The position numbers were made by a program, and so were the translations under genes. The notes below the pieces were generated by a model. It saw only the letters and a program-made list of their open reading frames with translations, was not told the DNA's origin and made no database searches. From Dendrobates tinctorius (Eukaryota), in assembly GCF_039654945.1 (NCBI RefSeq), contig NW_027361836.1, positions 248,001 through 312,000 of the forward strand: a DNA stretch of 64,000 nucleotides, in the 5' to 3' direction. How positions within the stretch are numbered: position 1 is the stretch's first letter; every line of letters starts with the position of its first letter. Shown here piece after piece: positions 36,162 through 48,307 of this stretch.

Positions 36162-36259
36162 TGGGTCCCACTGTCTTGCTTTTATATATGTCTTGTGGGC
36201 AGAGCTACACTGTGGGTCCCACTGTCTTGCTTTTATATATGTCTTGTGGGCAGAGCTAC
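36162..36259 (-). promoter_or_regulatory. Tandemly duplicated TATA-containing promoter segment of the MADF gene
   Basis: Two identical 47-bp copies (period 51), each with TATATAAAA on the minus strand, just upstream of the ATG at 36159. Confidence 0.6.
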
Positions 36260-38119
36260 TGAGCATGCTCAGACCAAAAAAACGGATCCGGCCGCCGGAT
36301 CCGGCTTTCGCCGGATCCGGCGCATTGCGGCGCTCATAGGCTTTCATTGTGTGAAAAAGCCGGACGCGCCGGATCCGGCGTGTCCGGCTTTTTCGCCGGA
36401 GACAAAAAACGTTACAGTAGCCGTTTTTTCCAGACGCCGGATCGCGACACATTGCCGGATCCGGCGAAAACCGGATGAAACGCATGGCCATCCGGCGCGA
36501 TCCGGCGCAAATGCAAGTCAATGGGGGGGAAACCGGATCCGGCATTGCATTTCGCCGGATCCGGTTTCTGTCAAAAGCGCCGGATCGCGCCTGACGGCGA
36601 AAACCTGATGTGTGAAAGAGGCCTTAAGAATACGTATTGAGTTAGACAGGGGACGGCCCACACCTGATGTGGCCGTCATTCTCTCTCCATGCCGGCATGT
36701 CCAATAAAGAAGCATCTTACTTATTCTGGTCTGGACGATTTCTAATTGGAAGACAAAAATCCCTGACAAAAGGAGCCCAGGATGGGAGCATTATACAAGA
36801 AAGGAGCCCAGGATGGGAGCATTATACAAGAAAGGAGCCCAGGATGGGAGCATTATACAAGGAACAAGCTCAGGATGCATTATACAAAGTAGGGTTGTAG
36901 GATGGGGAACATCATAGAAGGGGCCCAGGATGGTGGTCATTCTAATTTCTACAATTAAGGTACCCAGAATGGAGTCATTATACAAAGGAGAGGTTCAGGA
37001 TGGGGGACATTGCAGAAGGATTTGGCCCAGGGATTGTGGACCGTGGACAGGTATGTAGATGAGGGAGATTATTACAGGAAACAGCCAGGACAGGGGACAT
37101 TATTGTATGGGAGGCGAACAATCATGTCATTATAGGGTCTAGGGTGCTGCTATGGCCCATACATATGTACAACTTGCAGATGAGGGCCCCAATCAAAATA
37201 TTGAAGCAGAGCCCATCAGACTCTAGTTATACTACTGGCACTACATCTACTGCAATGCAGCAAAGTCAAATTTGGCTAGAATTAGTGTCAGCCCCATCTT
37301 GGACTGCCCCCAAGTCTATACTGAACTTCCCCCAAACTTTGGTCATTCCAAACAACTTACACATACTCCGTTCTCCGTCCCTTTCTTACCTAGGACTGAC
37401 AGACAGCCATTGTTTTGTCCCCAAAATTAGGACAGTTGCATCAAATTCTGGACTTTTAGCTAATTTGTCTTCTGAATGCCTATACAATTCATTTTTTAAA
37501 GGAACCATGTTCAATATTTCCACTAAAAGTTACGAAAATTCCATCATATCTGTTATCTAATTTCTCCAGCCCTTTACGGCCGCGCTATTATACAGAATAT
37601 TCATTAGCCAGTAATCTCCTGCACTATACACACATTTAATTTAAAAAAAAAACATAGATGGGAGTGTGAGTGCTTTTTAAGTGCAGAATCCTTGTGGTTT
37701 TACACTAAAAAAATAACATATTTCATATCTGGTATAAATGTGCATAAAAAGTGTAAGCTTAGGCAAAAATAGGTAAAATGCCACAAAACATAAGTGAAAT
37801 ATACAGTAATCAAGGCAAATTTCTTTTGAAAAACAGAAAAATGTAGCAGAACGTAGGAAACATGGCATAATAACTACCATTCAATTCTGGCAAACTAAAG
37901 TTTCACAGATACAGAACTTGGTACAGATGGACACTAGTGGCTTCCATAAGTTCCATACCATACCCTCCCCCTGGAGGTTTGTCATTTATCAGCACGCTCC
38001 TGATGAATTGGAAGTGATCAGTCTCCCCCCGGTCCCCCCTAATCATTTTTTCATTGTTTTAGCACCCCCTAAAGCCAGAAATCACCTTTTTTGGGGGTTG
38101 AGAAGTGTTACTGAGTAAC

Positions 38120-38350
38120 TGCAGTGCCAGCTGCCACAGCAGGAGCCGCCACTTGGTGCGAGGAGCCTCACCTCAGCCAGTGCCGGGATCATGTGTCGTG
38201 TCCAGTGCCAGCTGCCGCAGCAGGAGCAGGACCCGCCACTTGGAGTGAGGAGCCTCAGCTCAGCAAGCACCGGGATCATGTGTCAGTGTCCGGTGCCAGC
38301 TGCCGCTGGAGCCGACACTTGGAGCGAGGAGCCTCAGCGAGCGCCGGGAT
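38120..38350. repeat. GC-rich tandem repeat (3 diverged copies)
   Basis: GTGCCAGCTGCC...CACTTGG.G.GAGGAGCCTCA occurs three times. Confidence 0.75.
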
Positions 38351-38785
38351 GTGTTGGTGTCCCCGGACGGTCCCACCATTACCTCAGAGATTTGCACAAA
38401 CTAAGCTTGTTTCCTCCGCCCGTCTCCTCCTTGTCTCCGCCTCGTCACTTCCTCCCTGCGGCACATATGAGAAACGACAGGGGAGGGGAGCTCTCCACCA
38501 ATCAGAGGAAGACACTCCTGACTGTCTGGACTCTGACTGGCTGACGGAGCGCAATCGTTGGCCTGAATGAGAAGCTAATGCGTCCAATAGAAGCGCGTCT
38601 GCTGCTGACGCCACTGATTCAAGGTCGCATTCCCAGACAGTGTGAGTGGGCCCCCCCGTCTCGCCAGGGCCCCAACACTTGCCCGGGTACGCCGGGTGCT
38701 GACGCCGGCCCTGCTTACATAGTCACCTTTATGAAAGACGCCTGTCCACAGACTCAATTAATTAGTCAGACTCTTACCTTTACAA

Positions 38786-39455
38786 CATTGGCAACACCAA
38801 TAAGCTTTGTAAGGTTGTAAGAGACAAGAAGCACATATGCAGGTCCGTCTGAAGTTTGCCAATGAACACCTGGATGATTCTGTGAGTGACTGGCAGAAGT
38901 TGCTGTGGTCAGATGAGACAAAAATTGAGGTCTTTGGCATTAACTCGACTCGCCGTGTTTGGAGGAAGAAAAATGCTGCCTATGACCCAAAGAACGCCAT
39001 CCCCACTGTCAAGCATGGAGGTGGAAAAATTATGTTTTGGGGGTGTTTCTCTGCTAAGGGCACAGGACTACTTCACCAAATCAATGGGAGAATGGTTGTC
39101 CTGAGTGACAACCTCCTTCCCTCCGCCAGGACATTAAAAATGGGTCATGGCTGGGTCTTGCAGCAAGACAATGACCCAAAGCATACAGCCAAGATAACAA
39201 AGGAGTGGCTCAAAAAGAAGCACATTAAGGTCATGGAGTGGTCTAGTCAGTCTCCAGACGTTAATTCCATAGAAAGCTTATGGAGGGAGTTGAAGCTCCG
39301 AGTTGCCAAGCAACAGCCTCAAAATCTTAATGATTTAGAGATGATCTGCAAAGTGGAGTGGACCAAAATTCCTCCTGACATGTGTGCCAACCTCATCAAC
39401 TACAAAAAGTCTGACTGCTGTGCCTGCCAACAGGGGTTTTGCCACCAAGTATTAA
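38786..39455 (+). pseudogene. Tc1 transposase remnant (DNA-binding domain deleted)
   Basis: A degenerate N-terminus joins directly to QVRLKFA; [14 protein letters not shown] and SPDVNSIE are present. Confidence 0.88.
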
Positions 39456-39711
39456 GTCTTATTTGCCAGAGGAATCAAATACTCATTTCTCACTGCAAAA
39501 TGCAAATAAATTTATACAATGTGATTTTCTGGATATTATTTTTGAAATTCTATCAATATTAAAATTAACCTACGCTTAATATTATAGACTGTTCATGTCT
39601 TTGTCAGTAGGCAAACTTACAAAATCAGCAAGGGATCAAATAATTATTTCCTTCACTGTATGTTGAGGGACACAGTTCCAGAGTAAAGGGGATCTATAGG
39701 AGAAATCTAGT

Positions 39712-41177
39712 ATGTGATTGCGGGTAAAATTTTTGAAGGGTTTCTAAGGGATACCATTATGGAAGATCTCAATGATAATAAATGTTTAACTCCATATCAA
39801 CATGGATTTATGAAGGATCGCTCCTGTCAAACTAACCTGATCAGCTTCTATGAGGATGTAAGCTCTCAAATGGACCAAAGAGAATCATTGGATGTCATTT
39901 ATCTCAACTTCTCTAAAGCATTTGACACTGTCCCACATAAAAGATTTGTAAGTAAGATGAGAAAGCTTGGGCTAGGGGAAAATGTGTGTAGATGGGTAGG
40001 TAGCTGGCTTAGTGATAGAAAGCAAAGAGTGGTTATTAATGGTGCATACTCAGATTAGGCCAGGGTTACTAGTGGGGTACCATAGGGTTCTGTATTGAGC
40101 CCCCTACTATTTATTTAATATATTTATTAATGATCTAGTGGATGGCTTACACAGTAAAATATCAGTATTTGCAGATGATACAAAAGTATGTAAGATAGTT
40201 AACACAAAGGAGGACAGTTTGCAACTACAGACAGATTTGAGTAAATTGGAGAATTGGGCTGAAAAATGGCAAATGAGGTTTAACACAGATAAGTGTAAGG
40301 TTATGCACATGGGAAGGAGAAACAGATGCTTCAATTACTTACTAAATGGGAAACTGCTGGGGAAATCAGACATGGAAAAAGACTTAGGCATCTTAGTCAA
40401 TAAGAAGCTAAATTGGAGTGCCCAGTGTCAGGCAGCTGCCACCAAAGCAAACAGTGTCATGGGATGCATTAGAAGAGGTCTGGGGACACGAGATGAAAAC
40501 ATAATTCTCCCTCTGTACAAATCACTCGTCAGACCACACTTGGAGTATTGTGTGCAATTTTGGACGCCGGTGCTCAAGAAAGACGTTACTGAACTTGAAA
40601 GGGTTCAAAGGCGGGCTACTAAAATGATAAATGGAGTTGGTTCACTACAATACACAGAAAGGTTATCAAAATTTGGTCTATTTACTCTAGAAAAGTGAAG
40701 ACTTAGGGGAGACCTAATATATATGTACAAGTATATCAGAGGGCAATACAGAGATCTCTCCAATGAACTGTTTGTACCAAGGACTGTGACAAGAACAAGG
40801 GGGCATTCTCTTCGTTTGGAGGATAGACCATTTCTGCACCAGCATAGAAGAGGGTTCTTCACGGTAAGAGCAGCGATGCTCTGGAATTCTCTTCCTGAGG
40901 AAGTGGTGATGGCCAACTCACTGAGTGAATTTAAGAAAGGAATGGATGCTTTTCTTGTAACAGTATAGAAGGTTACGAATAGCAGAATATTATAGGTAGA
41001 TGGTTGACCCAGCTTAGGGGAAGGAATTTTTTTCCCTTTGGAGAAAATTGGCTTCTACTCTGTAGGTTTTTTGCCTTCCCCAGGATCAACAATGCAGAAC
41101 AGCTGCACTAAAAATAGGCTGAACTAGATGGACATAAGGTCTTCCTTCAGCCTTCAAAACTATATTACTATGTTATT
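39712..41177 (+). mobile_element. CR1 LINE (second subfamily), 5'-truncated, defective
   Basis: RT fragments QHGF, FSKAFD, FADD and RPHLEYC with stops and a frameshift; tail CTATATTACTATGTTA. Confidence 0.92.
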
Positions 41178-42404
41178 GTGGGAAGAGGTGATAAAAGGGG
41201 AGTAGAGAAGGAGATCTTGTGAATATCGGAGGTTGCGTACAGGTAAGTACCAGGAGAGCAGGTCACAGATGTATGGAGGAGACAGGTTTGGGATCACTTT
41301 GTATGCCAAATTAAGGGATCTGAACAAGCGTCTCTGGGCAATGGGGAGCCAGTACAGGGATTGACAGAGGGGAGAAGCAGGGAAATAGTGGGGTGACAGG
41401 TGGATTAGTAGGGCAGTAGAGTTTAGGAAAGATTTTATGGGTGTGATAGTGTTAGTAGGGAGGCCACAGAGCAGAAGGTTGTCATAGTCGAAACAGGAGA
41501 TGATGAGGGCATGCACTAGTGTTTTTGCAGATTCATGGTTGAGAAATCTGCGGATTTGGGAGATATTTTTGAGCTGCAGTCACCAGGAAGGGGAAAGGGC
41601 TTTGATCTCAGATTTGAAGGAGAGATCACAGTCAAGCCATTGATTTTGATGAATAGGTCGGTTGGGGGGGTTGAATGAGATGGTGGAAAGATGATGAATT
41701 CAGTTATATTCATGTTGAGTTTTAGAAATCTAGCAGAGAAGAAAGATGAAATAGAGGACTGACATTGTGGGATTCTGGTAAGGAGTGGATATCAAGTCCA
41801 GAGAGGTAGATCTGTGTGTCATTAGCGTAGAGGTGATACTGAAAGCCGTGAGACTCCATGAGCTGTCCCAGGCCAAAAGTGTAGATGGAGTAAAGCAGGG
41901 GTCCTAAAACTGAACCTTGGGGGACACTGACAGATAGGGGTCGAGATGAGGAGGTGGTGTGTAATTGGGAGACACTGAATGTCCTGTCTGTTACTTATGA
42001 GGAGATCCAAGATAAGGCCAAGTCTGTGATGTCAAGAAATGAGAGTCTGTAGTAAGCTGGAATGGTCCACTGTGTCGAAGGCAGATGACAGGTGCAGGAG
42101 GAGGAGAACAAAATAGTGTCGCTTGGATTTGTTGGTTAGTAGATCGTTGTTGATTTTAGTCAGGGCAGTCTCAGTGGAATGATGTTTGGAAACCAGATTG
42201 TAAGTGGTCAAAGAGGGAGCAGGAGGATAGATTTGAGGACAGTTCAAAATGGACATGTTGTTCCACTAGTTTTAAGGCATAGGGGAGAAGTGATATGGGA
42301 CAATAGCATGTCTCAAGCATGAGAGGAAGACAACAGTTGTTAGTGACAGGTTGAAGTGATGGGTTAGTTTCAGGATGAAGCCTGTTGTAAGGTGTGAAAT
42401 GAGG

Positions 42405-42978
42405 TAATAATAATAATAATAAATTTTATTTCTATAGCGCCGACATATTCCGCAGCACTTTACATTTCAGAGGGGACTTGTACAGACGATAGACATTACA
42501 GCATAACAATAATCACATAGATCATAACAGATACCAAGAGGAATGAGGGCCCTGCTCGCAAGCTTACAATCTATGAGGGAAAAAGGGGAGACACGAAAGG
42601 TGGGTAGTAACAATTGCCCTGATTGTTTGGACCAGCCATAATGTTACGTGTGTAACAGAGGGCTAATAGATGCATAAAGCATGTGGGAACATGATACGGG
42701 GAACCTGGTTATGGTAAAACTTTTGACTGTGCCACACAGGGGTAGTTAGGTTAATGTGTTGAGGCGGTAGGCCAGTCTGAATAAATGAGTTTTCAGGGCA
42801 CGCTTAAAAGTGTAGGGATTGGGGACTACTCGTATTGACCTGGGAAGTGCATTCCAAAGAATTGGCGCAGCACGTGTATAGTCTTGGAGACGGGAGTGGG
42901 AGGTTCTGATTATCGAGGATGCTAACCTCAGGTCATCAGCAGAACGGAGGGCACGGGTAGGGTGGTAGACTGAAACAG
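42405..42978 (-). mobile_element. Younger L2 3' end inserted in the old L2
   Basis: Reverse complement of the 2838-3254 family with a (TAA)n tail; AGGTA on both flanks. Confidence 0.88.
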
Positions 42979-43165
42979 GTAGGACGTAATTGAGTCAAGT
43001 TCACAGGTGGTGAGACGTGATTTGGAGAGTAAAGACGAAAGTTGATCTTCTGTGATGGTGAACTTGGTTTTGGAGGAGGAGAGTTGAGTAGTTATAAAGA
43101 GGGGCTGGGGGGACTTTAGGCAAAAGCTTTGCCTTATGTTGTCAATTCTTCTTCTTAAAGAATAA

Positions 43166-45094
43166 GGCCGGGGCCACACTTGCTAGTGTGATGCAAGTTT
43201 CTCGCATCAATACCTGGCACTGCCGCTGGCATTCGGGATTGGAGTGTGCAGCTGCATAGTGTCACGCTCACGCCTTGGCTGATTGGCGTGAGTCGGGGGG
43301 TTGTGGCCCCACTGTGCCACAAAAAAGACTACCCTGGAAGGGGCGTGACTATGACAGCTACCTCGGTCTTTGCTGGAGCCTCTGATGGTGAGGTCAGGCT
43401 TGTGCGGCAGGTAGCTGCCGGGTGCCACTCCAGGGTGGTGTCTGGCTGTGGCTGCTGTTCCCACTTGGGGACAAGTCACTTGGCAGATGCGACTGACAGG
43501 CAGGCAGGTAGGTATGGCAGGCATGGCTGGTACCCAGGCAGGCACGGCTGAGATACAGGGCAAGCAGGCACAGCTGAGACACAGGGCAAGCAGGCATGGT
43601 TCAGACACAGGGCAAGCAGGCACAGCTGAGACACAGGGCAAGCAGGCACGGCTGAGATACAGGGCAAGCAGGTATGGCTGATGCACAGTGCTGGCAGGCA
43701 TGGCTGAGGCACAGGGCAAGCAGGCACAGCTTGAGGCACAGGGCAAGCAGGCACGACTTGGAGACACAGGGCGGGCAGGCACAGCTTGGAGACACAGGGC
43801 AGGCAGGCATGGCTTGGAGACGGCAGGCACGGCTTGAGACACAGGGCAGGCACAGCTTGAGACACAGGACAGGCACGCATGGCTTGAGACACAGGGCAGA
43901 CAGGTGTGGTGTATGAAGGAACAGGTAGGGACCTGTTTACACAGCAGGAGTGGGTACTGGCTGGAAGGAATGGAATATGGAGGAACAGGTACGGTCCTCT
44001 TCAAACAGGAGGTGCAGGTACGGGTACTGATAGGACGGAGTGGAATATGACGGGACAAGTTTGGACCTGTTCACATGGGAGGAGCAGGTACGGATACAGG
44101 CAGGAGTGCGGAGTAGGCAGAGCCGCAGGAGTGCGGAGTAAAGCTGAACCACAAGGTCTGTGGAGAGAAGCTGCAGCAAGAGGTTCTACAGCAGAAGGAG
44201 CAGAGCAAAGCTGAACCACAAGGTCTGTGGAGAGAAGCTGCAGCCAAAGGTTCTGCAGCAGCAGAAGCGTAGCACGGGCAGAACAGAATGGAACCGCTAG
44301 AGTACAGAGCACAAGCAGACAGGGAGGCCACCAGGAAAGACACAGCAGGGAAAGGAACCACAGATAAGTAGACTGACAGACAGAGGTAGGACAGATTTCA
44401 GACAAGGCATAGGTGTGAGACAAGGTATAGGACAAAGGAGACAGATACAAAGCAAGGCTGGACCAGGACAAGACAAGACAAGGAGTAATGGCACCAGGAC
44501 CAGGATATTCTGCCTCCTGGAGGGTGGACACAGAAGTACTAGACTAAGTACAGAGACAGGGCTAGGACAAGGCACAGAGACCAGGATATTCTGCCTGCTG
44601 GAGGGCAGACAAAGAGTATCAAGCAAGGCAAGGGGAAAATCCTCCAGAGAAGGAGATACACAGGAGAGGACCTGGTAGGCTCAGTAGAAAGATACTAACT
44701 GAGTTTAGACATTGCTCAGGCAAGGTCCCAGTAGGTGGGGCAGCCCTAAATAGTAGAGGGCTCTAGGTAATTGGTCAGGGACACATTAGTCAGGTGCACC
44801 CTGACTCCGTAAGAAGCAGAGAGTTCAGGTACCACCCCCCTATACACACAGTCAGGAAGCATGAACACAGCAGATAGGAGACAAAGTAGGAGCTGGCAGT
44901 AAACAGAATTCACAGCATGGCCTGGAGCAGTGAGCAAGTTGGTGAGTGGGGAATGGGAGGCCATGCAGCGATGCCAGCAGGGTTGTTACACATAGAAATA
45001 CATGCAGCCGCACAGTCCAGTCCAAGTGCCGGCGGCAGTACCGGGTATTGATGCGCGAGTTTCTCTCATCAGATTCGCAAGTGTGACCCCGTCC
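43166..45094. mobile_element. Harbinger-type (Tourist-like) palindromic MITE split by a solo LTR
   Basis: TAA TSD at 43163-43165 and 45095-45097; GGCCGGGGCCACAC / GTGTGACCCCGTCC ends; the two halves are inverted copies. Confidence 0.82.
43260..44990 (-). mobile_element. Solo LTR (Gypsy-like, 1.7 kb, minisatellite-rich)
   Basis: TGTCAC...GTTACA termini; 5-bp TSD CATAG at 43255-43259 and 44991-44995; tandem array at ~43495-43900. Confidence 0.9.
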
Positions 45095-45613
45095 TAAGGC
45101 AAAGTCTTCAGCTGTGATGAGTGGATAGGAAGGGAGAGCTGGGGAACGAGGAGAGAATTTAAAGTGCTGAATAGCTGTTTAGTGTTGTGAGACAGGGATG
45201 ATATGAGAGATGAGAAATAAATTTCTTTTGTTGCAGTGAGAAATTGCGCAGCATTTTAGCAACTTCTGTTACTGGATGGGCAACTCAACTGCCTTTCTTT
45301 GGCAGCCACATAGTGGTATGCCTTGTAGATGAGGGCCAGAATGTGCTCCATTGGATGACAAGCTCTGGATCAAATGACCTCCCCTCCGCTTCTTTCACCT
45401 TAACATCACACACAGTACAGTACTCATAAGTGGTACTCCAATAGCCCTTGTTTCCCCCCACGTCACAACTCTCCAACCACCCAACTGACTGTGGGGAACC
45501 ACAGATAGGTAATTCTTCAGAGCTGTTTGCACATTCTATTCCGTGGGCATCACAGTTCTGCTCCAAAGATTCACAGACTCAAGAGGAGGAAAGCATCTGC
45601 ACCTGTCGACGTA

Positions 45614-47219
45614 CAGTGGGGCAAAAAAGTATTTAGTCAGTCAGCAATAGTGCAAGTTCCACCACTTAAAAAGATGAGAGGCGTCTGTAATTTACATCAT
45701 AGGTAGACTTCAACTATGGGAGACAAACTGAGAAAAAAAAATCCAGAAAATCACATTGTCTGTTTTTTTTTCATTTTATTTGCATATTATGGTGGAAAAT
45801 AAGTATTTGGTCAGAAACAAAATTTCATCTCAATACTTTGTGATATATCCTTTGTTGGCAATGACAGAGGTCAAACGTTTTCTGTAAGTCTTCACAAGGT
45901 TGCCACACACTGTTGTTGGTATGTTGGCCCATTCCTCCATGCAGATCTCCTCTAGAGCAGTGATGTTTTTGGCTTTTCGCTTGGCAACACGGACTTTCAA
46001 CTCCCTCCAAAGGTTTTCTATAGGGTTGAGATCTGGAGACTGGCTAGGCCACTCCAGGACCTTGAAATGCTTCTTACGAAGCCACTCCTTCGTTGCCCTG
46101 GCGGTGTGCTTTGGATCATTGTCATGTTGAAAGACCCAGCCACGTTTCATCTTCAATGCCCTTGCTGATGGAAGGAGGTTTGCACTCAAAATCTCACGAT
46201 ACATGGCCCCATTCATTCTTTCATGTACCCGGATCAGTCGTCCTGGCCCCTTTGCAGAGAAACAGCCCCAAAGCATGATGTTTCCACCACCATGCTTTAC
46301 AGTAGGTATGGTGTTTGATGGATGCAACTCAGTATTCTTTTTCCTCCAAACACGACAAGTTGTGTTTCTACCAAACAGTTCCAGTTTGGTTTCATCAGAC
46401 CATAGGACATTCTCCCAAAACTCCTCTGGATCATCCAAATGCTCTCTAGCAAACTTCAGACGGGCCCGGACATGTACAGGCTTAAGCAGTGGGACACGTC
46501 TGGCACTGCAGGATCTGAGTCCATGGTGGCGTAGTGTGTTACTTATGGTAGGCCTTGTTACATTGGTCCCAGCTCTCTGCAGTTCATTCCCTAGGTCCCC
46601 CCGCGTGGTTCTGGGATTTTTGCTCACCGTTCTTCTGATCATTCTGACCCCACGGGGTGGGATTTTGCGTGGAGCACCAGATCGAGGGAGATTATCAGTG
46701 GTCTTGTATGTCTTCCATTTTCTAATTATTGCTCCCACAGTTGATTTCTTCACTCCAAGCTGGTTGGCTATTGCAGATTCAGTCTTCCCAGCCTGGTGCA
46801 GGGCTACAATTTTGTTTCTGGTGTCCTTTGACAGCTCTTTGGTCTTCACCATAGTGGAGTTTGGAGTCAGACTGTTTGAGGGTGTGCACAGGTGTCTTTT
46901 TATACTGATAACAAGTTTAAACAGGTGCCATTACTACAGGTAATGAGTGGAGGAAAGAGGAGACTCTTAAAGAAGAAGTTACAGGTCTGTGAGAGCCAGA
47001 AATCTTGATTGCTTGTTTCTGACCAAATACTTATTTTCCACCATAATATGCAAATAAAATGAAAAAAAACCAGACAATGTGATTTTCTGGATTTTTTTTT
47101 CTCAGTTTGTCTCCCATAGTTGAGGTCTATCTATGATGTAAATTACAGACGCCTCTCATCTTTTTAAGTGGTGGAAATTGCACTATTGCTGACTGACTAA
47201 ATACTTTTTTGCCCCACTC
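45614..47219 (-). mobile_element. Tc1/mariner DD34E transposon, full-length, coding-intact
   Basis: ~205-bp near-identical TIRs CAGTGGGGCAAAAAAGTATTTAGTCAG; TA TSD at 45612-45613 and 47220-47221. Confidence 0.96.
45830..46852 (-). CDS. Tc1 transposase, 340 aa, intact
   Basis: ATG-to-stop ORF with paired-like [23 protein letters not shown] and SPDLNPIE; 34 residues between the second D and the E. Confidence 0.96.
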   Translation of the reverse strand: MVKTKELSKDTRNKIVALHQAGKTESAIANQLGVKKSTVGAIIRKWKTYKTTDNLPRSGAPRKIPPRGVRMIRRTVSKNPRTTRGDLGNELQRAGTNVTRPTISNTLRHHGLRSCSARRVPLLKPVHVRARLKFAREHLDDPEEFWENVLWSDETKLELFGRNTTCRVWRKKNTELHPSNTIPTVKHGGGNIMLWGCFSAKGPGRLIRVHERMNGAMYREILSANLLPSARALKMKRGWVFQHDNDPKHTARATKEWLRKKHFKVLEWPSQSPDLNPIENLWRELKVRVAKRKAKNITALEEICMEEWANIPTTVCGNLVKTYRKRLTSVIANKGYITKY

Positions 47220-47994
47220 TAGTTATTTTGGGAGGGCTAAATTAACCCTTCACGGTTGAGCCAGTGATTTCCAAATTATTCCAGTGTTGCTAGCAACTCA
47301 AATGACCACACGGAGACTGGGGTCTCTGTACGGGAGGATCGAGGCAGATCACTAAGCCCCTTTATTTTAGTTACATCTTTTATAATCTTTTGCTTAATTA
47401 TGCAAGGTTCTCAACTACCAATAGCATCATTTCACTTTATAAGCCAATAATATTGCAAGAAAACCGGAAACTACATATATGTCCGTATCCAAATAGAAAG
47501 TAGTATAATGGCATATTCTTCAGAGTTTAACATTCCCACCTCCCTTATCTTTGCACCTGATGAGAACAATCTGGTTTCATGACATCCCATGCCAATTATA
47601 AAAATTTATCTTACAGCAACAAAAACGGAGAAACGAAACCTTACATTGAATGGATAAAACGAAACTTCAACTCTGATTTTAGTATTAACCCTTAACATTC
47701 CCCCCTAGATAAATTTTTTTAACACATATGCAGCATCAGAGGTGCTATCCCAAGCTAACAGCTTGAGGGGTACTGGTCTTCACATGACTGATGCCGTTTT
47801 ACCAGTCATGGCTGTCGCGGCGCACCCGTCCCTCCTGTATACTGCAGTTCACGAATAACAATTTTTGATGACGGTGGTGGGGATCTTTTGTAGGTAGCCA
47901 TGTGCTTGGCTTCAACATCTTCATCAAGTAGCCTTTTGAGATCGGTGCAGAGAAGAGCAGGGGCAACGATGCCTTTGGTATCATCATTAGCTGT

Positions 47995-48290
47995 CTAAGT
48001 GCAGAATTTCCTAATAAATACAGAAATACACCAAAGAACAAGTTTTAGTATCACATATACAACAAGGATACAGGCAGCAATGTGTAACAAGCTTTGTAAG
48101 ATCCCAGCTATCCAGCCCCCAATTCCCTTAAACCAATTGGCTGGATTGAGAAAGGAGAAAGTGTCTGACCACCAACTGTCCTTATTACGATCATTGTCTT
48201 TATCGTATTAATCTGAGTCATTGAATATCTTCTAACTTTAACTTTTATCTTCTACCAATAATAATAATAATATGAAAAATGTGTAAAACC
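47995..48290 (-). pseudogene. env: ERV env TM C-terminal remnant, copy 1
   Basis: Manual translation DSWWSDTFSFLNPANWFKGIGGWIAGILQSLLHIAACILVVYVILKLVLWCISVFIRKFCT*: a Trp-rich segment followed by a membrane anchor. Confidence 0.7.
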
Positions 48291-48307
48291 AAAACATTAT
48301 GTCCCTT

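Larger units (their letters stand above)
31164..36623 (+). mobile_element. PIF/Harbinger DNA transposon, full-length two-gene element
   Basis: TIRs GGCTACTTTCACACATCAGGTTTT / GGCCTCTTTCACACATCAGGTTTT; 3-bp TSD TTA at 31161-31163 and 36624-36626; convergent transposase and MADF genes. Confidence 0.96.
30811..36768 (+). mobile_element. Solo LTR (~495 bp) interrupted by the Harbinger
   Basis: TGTTA...TGACA termini; 5-bp TSD AAAGG at 30806-30810 and 36769-36773; TATA-like TATTTAAA at 31150 and AATAAA at ~36703. Confidence 0.82.
30322..38713. mobile_element. Non-autonomous hAT unit with dissimilar ends (composite)
   Basis: CAGGGCC...GGCCCTG termini; perfect 8-bp TSD CTTACATA at 30314-30321 and 38714-38721. 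Confidence 0.88.
30032..39658 (+). mobile_element. Tc1/mariner element (outermost host of a four-level nest)
   Basis: ~200-bp TIRs (30032-~30235 vs ~39470-39658: AAATAAGTATTTGATCCCTTGCTGATTTTGTAAGTTTGCC) with TA flanks. Confidence 0.9.
41178..45245 (-). mobile_element. Old L2 LINE ORF2 remnant, interrupted by three insertions
   Basis: [32 protein letters not shown] and HALIIS.FDY motifs; the PLITAEDFA/LFFK...KIDNIR reading is continuous across the MITE insertion. Confidence 0.85.
45604..47697 (-). repeat. ERV 3' LTR (45604-45613 plus 47222-47697), split by Tc1
   Basis: TGTCGACGTA|Tc1|TAGTTATTTTGGG restores the LTR seen at 52069. Confidence 0.9.

Noticed and set aside
35526-36608. 339-aa and 201-aa ORFs at the Harbinger right end
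   Set aside because: They run through the subterminal palindrome array, promoter duplication and introns; the spliced model explains the region better.
43207-44626. Cys-rich ORFs up to 283 aa
   Set aside because: Tandem repeats inside a solo LTR.
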